Assembly (NCBI GenBank): GCA_051294375.1
Contig: JBJCIZ010000744.1
Location: 438,264 to 502,263, forward strand
Source of the DNA: Paraspadella gotoi
Lineage: Eukaryota > Animalia > Chaetognatha
DNA length: 64,000 bases
Direction of reading: 5' to 3'
Positions 26,607-37,645 of the stretch are shown piece after piece (positions within the stretch are counted from its first letter, which is position 1; the number at the start of each line of letters is the position of its first letter). The notes beneath the pieces were generated by a model that was given only the letters and a program-made list of their open reading frames with translations, made no database searches and had not been told where the DNA came from. Both the position numbers and the translations under genes were made by a program.

Positions 26607-26852
26607 TTGGAAGGCTTGGAATGCGACGAGCGGATGACCTTCCTCATGACGGCCTACAGCGTCTTCGACAAGAACAACCACTTGGTCGACTTCTCGGCCG
26701 GACTCGTCGAGAGGAACGTGGAGATCTTCGTCAACGGGATCGTCAAACCCGCCTTCGCTGAGAACCCCGCGTCCGCCGAAGGCGGCGTCCCCGTGGTCCG
26801 AGTCGGTCCCGTTAACGAATGGTGGATCACGGGATTCGATAGGAATTCCAAG
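26607..26852 (+). CDS. DNMT1: DNMT1 coding exon 2 (RFTS domain)
   Basis: TTTTACAG acceptor; YSVFDKNNHL...GLVERNVEIFVNGIVKP...GPVNEWWITGFD matches the DNMT1 RFTS signature GPINEWWITGFD; AAG|GTTTTT donor, phase 0. Confidence 0.93.
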
Positions 26853-27039
26853 GTTTTTAAAAAGAGGGGGGTGAATGAACATTAAGGCGTAGTAAAATTT
26901 CTACATTTAACTTTAATTAAAATTCTAAAAGTGAGGAACGAACAAGATTATACTAATGAACATTTATGTAATAAAAATATTTCTAATAAATTTTACAATT
27001 TACGCAGTAGGCCATATACTAGTACTAAACCAATAAATG

Positions 27040-27335
27040 TTAATATTTCAAAACAGTTTTTTCTAAGATTTTTTTGCAGATTTGGATTCGTCATAAAAAG
27101 TTGGTAAAAAGAAATATAAGTCTTTTAAAAAAATTCCTTCATTAAGTGGGTCAAAAATTAAAAAAAGCTATATTTTAAGCTGAAAATTAATTTTTTATAT
27201 ATTAAATATAGTTTTTTTAATTTTTAACCCACTTAATGAAAGAATTTTTAAAAATGATTTATATTTTCTTTTATCAACTTTTGACGAGGAATTCAAATCT
27301 GCAATCAAAATTAAGAAAAGCCTATTTTGAAATTT
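27040..27335. mobile_element. AT-rich foldback/MITE in DNMT1 intron 2 (present in every DNMT1 copy; relatives at ~52880-53170, ~54010-54310, ~57545-57850)
   Basis: Imperfect inverted arms GCAGATTTGGATTCGTC..AAAAGTTGGT..TTCATTAAGTGGGT / ACCCACTTAATGAA..ATCAACTTTTGACGAGGAATTCAAATCTGC. Confidence 0.65.
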
Positions 27336-27837
27336 TTCGATTTTAAAAGGATAATACTATATATAAATATAGCCTAATCGAAAATTAAAAATATAAAATT
27401 AATTTTTTTTATAAATTAATGTTCACTGATGGTATGTTATTCATAATTGACTTTTAGAATTTTCGTATGTAACTTTCACTACGCCTTAATGAACATAAAC
27501 GTTGAAGGAAATGTTGATTTGGCGTTTTAACGTTTTAACTTTTAAATTTCATATCATTTGTGGGCTTTTTAGACTCATAAGCTTATTGGATTTAGGGGCT
27601 TAATAAATTTAAAATTGGTACAGGTAAAAACATCCTGAAAATTATTAATTTTTATTAAATAACTTGGCTATCTCGTCCCCAGTCTTCGGACACTGGACAG
27701 ACTTTTTAACCAAAATTTTCCTGTAAGTGTAATTACATAGTGTTTTTGTACCAATTTCAAAAAGACATTCTTCATAGGTTTTTTGAAAATTCAATGCTTT
27801 AAGCGAATGTTTATTCATTTCAAACCCCCTTCCCCAG

Positions 27838-29719
27838 GTAACCGTTGGATTAACCACCATGTACGGAGATTACTACCTTCAAGAACCTCACGAAGAGTAC
27901 TCCCCGCTTATTTTCACTCTCTCCGAGAAGATCTTTCTTTCAAAATACACCATCGAGTTCTTAGTGGAAAACGACGCGGCCACCTACGAAGATCTTCTCG
28001 ATTTCATCCAGACCATTGCGCCGCCAGAGGGCGTCAAACCTTTCACCGAGGATGTCATCTTGAGACACGCCCAGTTCATCGTCGATCAGATCGCCTCTTA
28101 CGACGCGGCCGTTGAAGAGGACGACGACGACCCGCTGCTCGCCGTCCCGTGCGTCAAGACGCTGATCACTCTGGCCGGCATCAAACTGAGCAAAAGGAAG
28201 AAGTTGGTGATGGACATCAAAGCTCCAAAGCAAAAAGACCACACGACAACCATGAGGGCGACGACAACGCCTCTCGTCCACGAAGTCTTTGACAGAATTT
28301 TCGGCCACATTCTCGAAGGCGGGAAAGCTCCGTCCAAGAGGAACCGGGCCCGACGTTGCAACACTTGCGACGCCTGCAACGCTCCAGACTGCGGTGATTG
28401 CGCCAGCTGCAAGGATATGCGTAAATTTGGCGGAACAGGAAGGATGAAGCAGTGTTGCGTGATACGACGCTGCCCGAACGCAGTCGTCTCCGGTTTGGAC
28501 GACGGAGCTCTCAGCGAGGAAGAAGATTCCGAGGAGGTCCTTCTGCCCACGAGGACGCCGACGCCGACCACGCCGGAGAAAAAACGGCGTCGCGGGTCGG
28601 GCAGAAGGTGGCCGAGTTCATTGGGGCGCCCCTGGCGAAAGAAAAGAGAAGGAAAGATTATTTGTCGTGTCGCATCGGCGATGCCAAGTTCCAAGTTGGC
28701 GACTTTGTCAAAGTTGTCAACCCCGACGAAAACGCCAGCAAAAACGCCATCGTGGTCAAGATTGTGGCACTTTTCGAGGAAGATGGCGAACAAATGATGC
28801 ATGGGGAGACATTTATTTACTCGGAGGAGACCATCCTCGGTTGCGTGACCGGCGACGAGGCTGACCGCGAAGGCAAGGATGCCAGTTTGAAGAACGAGTT
28901 GTTCGCGTCGGACGAGTGCGACGATTACCCCATGTGTGACATTCTCAAAAAGATTTCTGTGCTTCGTAAGACCATGTCGGAGAGTTGGTTCGATGAAGGC
29001 GGAATCGCTGCTCCGGCACCCTTGGACACTGACTATCAGTACTTCTACGAAAAATGGTACGATCGGGAGACGGCGCGGTTCGAAGATCTTCCGGTGAAGT
29101 CGTTGGCTTCTCCGCCTTTTTGTCGTTGTTGTGACAAGTCGAAGGAAAATCGTTTGATGTCCACGCCACGTCCGTCTTCTCCGATCAAGGATGATCAGAA
29201 TGCTTTGAATCCGCATTTCAAGTCTTCGATTTTCTAGGCAAAACCTTTCGTCTCGGTGATTCCGTCTTTCTATTGCCATCTGCCTTTATTTTGATGCCAA
29301 ACCCGCTCCGACACCAAAACCGCGGCGCCTAAATATGACGTCCTCGATGACCCTAAAACTATCCCGAGGCTTACCGAAAGTCGAGCCACGTCAAAGGATC
29401 GAATTTGACCTGTCCCGAGCCGTATAGAATCGCCAGAATAATTTCTATCTTCCGCAAAGGATCTAACAGCGTCAAAGTCAAAGTGGGAAAATTTTATCGA
29501 CCAGAAAATACGCATCGAGGAATCGTCGCCTCGTACGAGGCCAATTGTAATTTGTTATATTGGAGCGAAGAAACGGTGACTATTGAAGCCGAGGATGTTG
29601 TCGACAAGTGTCATGTCAAGTACGTCGCTGACTTGGATTCGTTCAACGTCGATGACTGGTTTCTTAAAACCAAAGACGCCTTTTATTTCACGAGCGTTTA
29701 CAATGCGGCAACGAAGGAG
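27838..29719 (+). pseudogene. DNMT1: Redundant partial copy of DNMT1 exon 3 (RFTS end, CXXC, BAH1, part of BAH2) with a few frameshifts, cut by a 25-N gap
   Basis: 26906-29719 is repeated almost base for base at 29748-32548. Single-base deletions occur near 28600 and 29225-29365, increasing toward the gap. Confidence 0.8.
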
Positions 29720-30661
29720 NNNNNNNNNNNNNNNNNNNNNNNNNCGTTTTAACTTTAATTAAAATTCTAAAAGTGAGGAACGAACAAGATTATACTAATG
29801 AACATTTATGTAATAAAAAATTTCTAATAAATTTTACAATTTACGCAGTAGGCCATATACTAGTACTAAACCAATAAATGTTAATATTTCAAAACAGTTT
29901 TTTCTAAGATTTTTTTGCAGATTTGGATTCGTCATAAAAAGTTGGTAAAAAGAAATTAAGTCTTTTAAAAAAATTCCTTCATTAAGTGGGTCAAAAATTA
30001 AAAAAAGTTATATTTTAACTGAAAATTAATTTTTATATATTAAATATAGTTTTTTAATTTTAACCCACTTAATGAAGAATTTTTAATGATATATTTTCTT
30101 TTATCAACTTTTGACGAGGAATTCAAATCTGCAATCAAAATTAGAAAAGCCTATTTTGAAATTTTTCGATTTTAAAAGGATAATACTATATATAAATATA
30201 GCCTAATGCGAAAATTAAAAATATAAAATTAATTTTTTTAAAATTAATGTTCACTGATGGTATTTTATTCATAATTGACTTTTAGAATTTTCGTATGTAA
30301 CTTTCACTACGCCTTAATGAACAAAAACGTTGAAGGAAATGTTTTTTGGCGTTTTACGTTTTAACTTTTAAATTTCATATCATTTGTGGGCTTTTTAGAC
30401 TCATAAGCTTATTGGATTTAGGGGCTTAATAAATTTAAAATTGGTACAGTAAAACATCCTGAAAATTATTAATTTTTATTAAATAACTTGCTATCTCGTC
30501 CCCAGTCTTCGGACACTGGACAGACTTTTAACCTCAAATTTTCCTGTAAGTGTAATTACATAGTGTTTTTGTACCAATTTCAAAAAGACATTCTTCATAG
30601 GTTTTTTGAAAATTCAATGCTTTAAGCGAATGGTTTATTCATTTCAAACCCCCTTCCCCAG

Positions 30662-33600
30662 GTAACCGTTGGATTAACCACCATGTACGGAGATTACTAC
30701 CTTCAAGAACCTCACGAAGAGTACTCCCCGCTTATTTTCACTCTCTCCGAGAAGATCTTTCTTTCAAAATACACCATCGAGTTCTTAGTGGAAAACGACG
30801 CGGCCACCTACGAAGATCTTCTCGATTTCATCCAGACCATTGCGCCGCCAGAGGGCGTCAAACCTTTCACCGAGGATGTCATCTTGAGACACGCCCAGTT
30901 CATCGTCGATCAGATCGCCTCTTACGACGCGGCCGTTGAAGAGGACGACGACGACCCGCTGCTCGCCGTCCCGTGCGTCAAGACGCTGATCACTCTGGCC
31001 GGCATCAAACTGAGCAAAAGGAAGAAGTTGGTGATGGACATCAAAGCTCCAAAGCAAAAAGACCACACGACAACCATGAGGGCGACGACAACGCCTCTCG
31101 TCCACGAAGTCTTTGACAGAATTTTCGGCCACATTCTCGAAGGCGGGAAAGCTCCGTCCAAGAGGAACCGGGCCCGACGTTGCAACACTTGCGACGCCTG
31201 CAACGCTCCAGACTGCGGTGATTGCGCCAGCTGCAAGGATATGCGTAAATTTGGCGGAACAGGAAGGATGAAGCAGTGTTGCGTGATACGACGCTGCCCG
31301 AACGCAGTCGTCTCCGGTTTGGACGACGGAGCTCTCAGCGAGGAAGAAGATTCCGAGGAGGTCCTTCTGCCCACGAGGACGCCGACGCCGACCACGCCGG
31401 AGAAAAAACGGCGTCGCGGGTCGGGGCAGAAGGTGGCCGAGTTCATTGGGGCGCCCCTGGCGGAAGAAAAGAGAAGGAAAGATTATTTGTCGTGTCGCAT
31501 CGGCGATGCCAAGTTCCAAGTTGGCGACTTTGTCAAAGTTGTCAACCCCGACGAAAACGCCAGCAAAAACGCCATCGTGGTCAAGATTGTGGCACTTTTC
31601 GAGGAAGATGGCGAACAAATGATGCATGGGGAGACATTTATTTACTCGGAGGAGACCATCCTCGGTTGCGTGACCGGCGACGAGGCTGACCGCGAAGGCA
31701 AGGATGCCAGTTTGAAGAACGAGTTGTTCGCGTCGGACGAGTGCGACGATTACCCCATGTGTGACATTCTCAAAAAGATTTCTGTGCTTCGTAAGACCAT
31801 GTCGGAGAGTTGGTTCGATGAAGGCGGAATCGCTGCTCCGGCACCCTTGGACACTGACTATCAGTACTTCTACGAAAAATGGTACGATCGGGAGACGGCG
31901 CGGTTCGAAGATCTTCCGGTGAAGTCGTTGGCTTCTCCGCCTTTTTGTCGTTGTTGTGACAAGTCGAAGGAAAATCGTTTGATGTCCACGCCACGTCCGT
32001 CTTCTCCGATCAAGGATGATCAGAATGCTTTGAATCCGCATTTCAAGTCATTCGATTTTCTAGGCAAAACCTTTCGTCTCGGTGATTCCGTCTTTCTATT
32101 GCCATCTGCCTTTAGTTTTGATGCCAAACCCGCTCCGACACCAAAACCGTCGGCGCCTAAAATTGACGTCCTCGATGACCCTAAAACCTATCCCGAGGCT
32201 TACCGAAAGTCGAGCCACGTCAAAGGATCGAATTTGACCTGTCCCGAGCCGTATAGAATCGCCAGAATAATTTCTATCTTCCGCAAAGGATCTAACAGCG
32301 TCAAAGTCAAAGTGGGAAAATTTTATCGACCAGAAAATACGCATCGAGGAATCGTCGCCTCGTACGAGGCCAATTGTAATTTGTTATATTGGAGCGAAGA
32401 AACGGTGACTATTGAAGCCGAGGATGTTGTCGACAAGTGTCATGTCAAGTACGTCGCTGACTTGGATTCGTTCAACGTCGATGACTGGTTTCTTAAAACC
32501 AAAGACGCCTTTTATTTCACGAGCGTTTACAATGCGGCAACGAAGGAGATGGAGCCACTCAAACGTTTGCCCTCCAACTTAGAAAGTAAAGGAGGAAAAG
32601 GGGGTAAGGTTAAGGGAAAAGGAAAAGTGTCAGTTTCGGACGAACCATCCGACATTCGCGTTCGAGAAGATCCAACGATTCCCTCGATGCCCGATCGACC
32701 TTTGAAGTGCCTCGACATATTTTCCGGGTGCGGCGGTCTCTCAGAAGGACTCCATCAGGCGGGCGTTGCCGAGTCATGGTGGGCAATTGAAAAAGTCGAA
32801 AGTGCGGCCAAGGCTTATAAAAGAAATAATCCCAGATGTATAGTTTTTGACGAAGATTGCAATCTTCTTCTCAAGATAGTCATGGAAGGAGAAACGAGGT
32901 ACAATAGACAGAACTTGCCTCTAAAGGGTCAGGTGGAACTTTTATGTGGCGGCCCGCCGTGTCAAGGGTTTAGCGGAATGAACCGTTTCAATTCCAGAGA
33001 GTATTCCGCCTTCAAGAATTCCCTCGTGGTCACGTATTTGTCTTATTGTGACTACTACAGACCCAAATTTTTTATCCTAGAAAATGTTCGTAATTTCGTA
33101 TCGTTTAAAGGAGGTATGGTTCTAAAATTAGCCCTCCGCTGTTTGGTCAGCATGGGATATCAATGCACATTTGGTGTGCTTCAGGCCGGAACTTATGGCG
33201 TTTCCCAAACACGCCGTCGCGCCATTCTCTTGGCCGCTGCTCCCGGCGAGGTACTTCCCGTCTACCCGGAACCCACTCATACCTTTTCCCCTCAAGGCCT
33301 TTCCCTTAGCGTGACCATCGACAATCGACGCTATGAAACGACGCTGAAACGATTGCAAAGTGCCCCCTATCGCACCGTCACAGTCAGGGATGCAATGCGA
33401 GACCTGCCAGAAATCTGCAACGGCGCCAAAAAAGAGCTGATGGATTACGGAACGGAGCCCATCTCTCATTTTCAACGTTTGATTCGCCGCGGGACGGAGG
33501 GTCGACTCTACGATCACATCTGCAAGGAAATGTCGCCACTCGTGGAGGCGAGGATACGTTACATTCCACTCGCGCCCGGGTCAGACTGGCGCGATCTACC

Positions 33601-33699
33601 GAACATCACAATGACCCTAAGCGACGGAAGCAAGTGTCTCGTTTTACGGTACACGCACAAGGACGCCAAAAACGGCAAAGGTCCCGATGGTGCACTTAG
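30662..33699 (+). CDS. DNMT1: DNMT1 coding exon 3 (RFTS end, CXXC, BAH1, BAH2, KG linker, methyltransferase motifs I-VIII, start of target recognition domain), intact
   Basis: CCCCAG|GTAACC acceptor, phase 0. CXXC RCNTCDAC...CGDCASCKDMRKFGG; KGGKGGKVKGKGK; LDIFSGCGGLSEG; CGGPPCQGFSG (catalytic Cys); ENV; QTRRR. AG|GTAAAA donor, phase 2. Confidence 0.98.
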
Positions 33700-34188
33700 G
33701 TAAAATGATTTTTTTTTAATGTATTTTAAATAAAAACCTAATGCTGACCTGCTACAATTTTTAGTGGATTAATCTTTATTTTTAAACTTTGATTCTTATT
33801 CACTTATATTTTATTTTTATCATCGCTCAGTAACTCATAAAAACAATATGGTAAAAAAAATAAGCGAGGCTGTTCAATTGTTCATAAGAAGATGATCTTG
33901 AAAAGCCATTGTAATCCTCAATACCGGTTAAACTACACGAAAAAGGAAGTAAATTGGGAATTCCAACATATTTTAAGATTGGAATTTCCAACATATTTTA
34001 AGATTGGGATTTTTGCGATTAAATTGCCGTAAGTTGTAATTATCATGAGAGGAATTCTAATCGACGCCCAATTTAAAATCAGGTTTTTATTTGACGTTAA
34101 TTTTTAACTTTTTTGAATTCAGCTTTTAACCTTTTAAAACCTGAAATTCTACGATGATATTAATGTCTCATTCGTTCGTGTTTTCCAG

Positions 34189-34705
34189 AGGCGTCTGCTC
34201 TTGCGCGGAAGGCGCCAACAAAAAGTGCTCTCCCGAATTCCGTCAAAACAACACGTTGATCCCTTGGTGCCTCCCGCACACGGGCAATCGCCACAACCAA
34301 TGGGCGGGCCTCTACGGCCGCGTCGAGTGGGACGGCTTTTTCTCCACCACCATCACTAACCCGGAGCCCATGGGCAAACAGGGTAGAGTCCTTCACCCCG
34401 ATCAGACCCGCGTTGTGTCAGTTCGCGAATGCGCCCGCTCTCAGGGATTTCCCGATACGTACAAGTTTTTCGGGAACGTGCTGGATAAGCACCGCCAGGT
34501 CGGCAACGCCGTCCCGCCGCCCATGGCGCGGGCTATCGGACTGGAGATCCGGCGCGCCATCTGCGAAAAGGCAAGGCGGAACGGCTTCGTCGACAGCGTC
34601 GTGGAAAATAAGACGGCGGCGCCGAAGTTCGAGAAGGTGGACAATGAAAAGACTGAAGTTTTGAGGGAGATCGGAAATCGATCCGTCGGAGCGTGCTCCT
34701 CGTGA
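34189..34705 (+). CDS. DNMT1: DNMT1 last coding exon (TRD end, motifs IX and X)
   Basis: TTTTCCAG|A restores GALR-GVCSC; [24 protein letters not shown]; [11 protein letters not shown]; QVGNAVPPP; TGA 34703-34705; ATTAAA at 34765-34770. Confidence 0.97.
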
Positions 34706-35097
34706 CTTTTTTGTATGTTTGTAATTTGATTTTATACCATTTGGTACGTAAATTTGATGTTTTTATTAAATATATTTTTATATTTTATTCGTGCACTAGT
34801 TGTTTATTAGTTAGGTTTTCTTTTCTGTCTTTGAGATGATTGACAGATATTAACAGTTAACATTATTTGATAAGATTACGGTTTGGAATCCTTTGTACCC
34901 TTTGAATCAAAAACTTTGCACTCAAAGATGACTCTGCACTTGATTTAGTCATTAAATTTAAAGTTTTTCCCGCAGGAATTACTCAAGTTATGAGAAATCC
35001 CTATGTAGTTCCTCAAGGCTAAATATAGTAAACATACCGCGCGATGAGGCATACGATTAATTAAGGTGTGCAAAAATTGTCAGAGGAAGAACAATTG

Positions 35098-37645
35098 TTT
35101 TTAGTCGGATCTGCTTATAAGACACAATGAAAAATGGCGTAACGTTACTGTTCCGTGCATAAAAAAAATTTACTGTTTCAATATTATTATATTTCTTTTT
35201 ATTTTTTTGAAACGTTATAGTTTCATATATTGATATCCAAAATATCAATGCAAAATCTTTTTTTGTTTTTTAGATATGACTGAATATAGGGTGAAAGATG
35301 AAAAATTTTTTTAAAAAGTTACTTATTCATATTTATTCATAGAATTATAATAAAAAAAAAAATAATAGTACTAATAGTTAGTGTTATGTCTCAAATAGAT
35401 GGAAAAAAAACCTCATTTAAAAATTCGATCGGGAAGTGGGTAACTAAGGCTTACCAATGGCATCCTCCACGCCGATTGTTCTCTCAAATAATTTTTTTTA
35501 TTTAATACATTTGAAAGGGAAAAAAAGAAAATTTGAAATGCAGGTTGCAGAAAGGGTACAGATAATCTGGACTTTTTGACATGATAACCATGACCTTTTA
35601 TATCTTGTGAAATGGGGGCAGTAAAGAAATTTAAAAAAATTTATCATTAAGTCAGTCAATGAACCCTTTCCAATGGGCTATTACGAGAAATATTTTTTTT
35701 TAATTAAAATGGATGATAAATAATAATATTAAATTCCTTGCTATATTTAAAAAAAAAATTATCAATACAATTTAACACAATGATGTTTTGCTTTGTCAAA
35801 TATGTTACCAGCTATATAATTTTTTACAACTTTATTATGATAAACAAGCAGTTTGTCAAGCTTTTAGTTTGCAGCTAAAGATAATGAAAAATGACGATTT
35901 TTTTCACAAACAAGAAGGTAGATGTCCAGACTGTTTATATCAAGCTGAAAACATTTTTGTATTTATCATTTTTAATATTTAAAAATACATTTTATCAAGC
36001 AACAACATAAATTTTTGCTTGTTTTTTACTTTAACTGAAAAATATAAGCAATTTTATGGAATAAAGAAAATTTAATAATAAACAAAATGTAATTCAGTCT
36101 TTCCTTTTTCAAATTACAAAAGAAAAAGAAAAAATTTCATATGCTTTCATTGAAATTTTTAAAGCAAAAAACTGTTATACTTTTAACTCTGATTTAAACA
36201 AAAGCTGTGTAAAGATTTATGGATTTAATTTAATAAAACTCTTTTAGAAAGGTGTCCCATGATTAGGGCTTTAATTTGTTACCACATCCACCTTGCTACC
36301 TCTTTTCTTTCAAAAGTTATTTAAAAAAATATTTTTTTTTAAATTACGCAGTACAAATTTTGTTAAATAAAAATTTTGGCAAAGCGGGAGTAATCTCACT
36401 TATTTCTATTGGTACAATACTTAAATTTCAAAATAAAACTTGAAGAAAATTTTTTTATCATTTAGAGACATATCACTTTCAGATGTACCCATTGTATAAT
36501 AATTTATTTATTTATTTCCCCTAAAAAAGCCTAATTAGAAAAGTTGAAATTTTTTTAAATTGTTGGAAAAAAAATTTTGTCCGACCTATGCTCATTGAGA
36601 ATAATAGTTTTGCATAGAAAATCAAAATATCAAAAAAATAAAAAAATCAGCCTCTAGAAAAATCGAAAGGCTAGAGGCTGATTTTTTTAGAATTGCAAAA
36701 ATTTTTTCCTGACTCATAATCCATTATTCTCAAGTTTCAAAATATTTTTTTCCAAAATCATTCAATCAATTTTTTTTTATTAATTTAAAATGTTTTTATG
36801 ATGTTGTTTTTGTTTGAAAGAATTGAAAAAAAATGAAAAATATAGTAATTATATAAGGTTTTTGAAAATACCTTTAAAATATTAAATAATTAGACACAAG
36901 GGGAGTAAGCAGAGAAAACTTCCCATTCATAAAAAAAATTAAAAATGAATTTGTCATATTGTTATTTAGATTAATTAATTATTTATAAACAAATGATTCA
37001 TATAAATTGAGGAAATGATGGGTAAAAAATATTCATCTTGGTCTCGGTTAACTATTAAGTTATCGTTAAAGTTTTGTTTTAATAATATTAATATTTTTTT
37101 TGCATTTATAAAACAATGGTCTAAAATTTTGTAAGCGTTTCGAGCTATATTGCTTCATCTTTTTACTATTTTTGATCTAGTTAGCTTTTTTGTTGATGGT
37201 CAAGGGTTATGGTCAGATACAGTAATGTCCAGTAGTGTATATCGCACATATTACCAAAAGTAATGATCAATTAATTTGGCTCAGAAACAATTTTAAAGGG
37301 ATAAATCAGCACGAGACCGTTTCGCCACGTTATTTTTCATTGTGTCATAAGCAGATCCCGACTCTATTTGTCGGTCTGTCGGTCCGCCCCTTCAATCTTG
37401 AGGGGATTCATTTATATCATGTCAGAACATCAAATTATGATAAAAACGATGTTCGTCCGTCTGTCTGTCTGTCCGTCCATCCCACCTTAGCAAAAAACAT
37501 TAATTACTCGTGATTGGATGGATGGATTGGAATGAAATTTTGTGTGTGGGTAGGGAAGTGTGTGATTGAGCTGGATAAAAAGTTTCGAAGGAATCGTCCG
37601 AGTAGAAATGAGTTTAAATGGAAAAAAAACAAAAAAATATATTTC
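35098..37645 (+). mobile_element. Helentron-associated (HINE/DINE-1-like) element, family 1, interrupted by a nested insertion and 3'-truncated
   Basis: T-run + GTCGGATCTGCTT at 35104; resumes GCAGATCCCGACTCT at 37351; GTCY microsatellite ~37455-37478; one internal repeat unit. Confidence 0.7.
35121..37346. mobile_element. 2.2 kb non-autonomous TIR DNA transposon with 4-bp ATAA target-site duplication
   Basis: ATAA|GACACAATGAAAAA ... TTTTTCATTGTGTC|ATAA (14-bp perfect TIR, imperfect extension TGGCG.AACG). Removing it restores the HINE 5' hairpin. No transposase ORF. Confidence 0.85.

Larger units (their letters stand above)
17606..28215 (+). repeat. Right arm of the ~11 kb inverted duplication (contains DNMT1 upstream region, exons 1-2 and start of exon 3)
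   Basis: Reverse complement of 6471-17448. Confidence 0.95.

Noticed and set aside
28098-32041. Minus-strand ORFs of 393 and 418 aa
   Set aside because: Antisense shadows of the GC-rich DNMT1 exon with no recognisable motifs.
30683-33703. 1006-aa ORF as a standalone gene or prokaryotic restriction-modification methylase
   Set aside because: It is one exon of a spliced eukaryotic DNMT1. Motifs IX-X lie in the next exon and RFTS starts in earlier exons.
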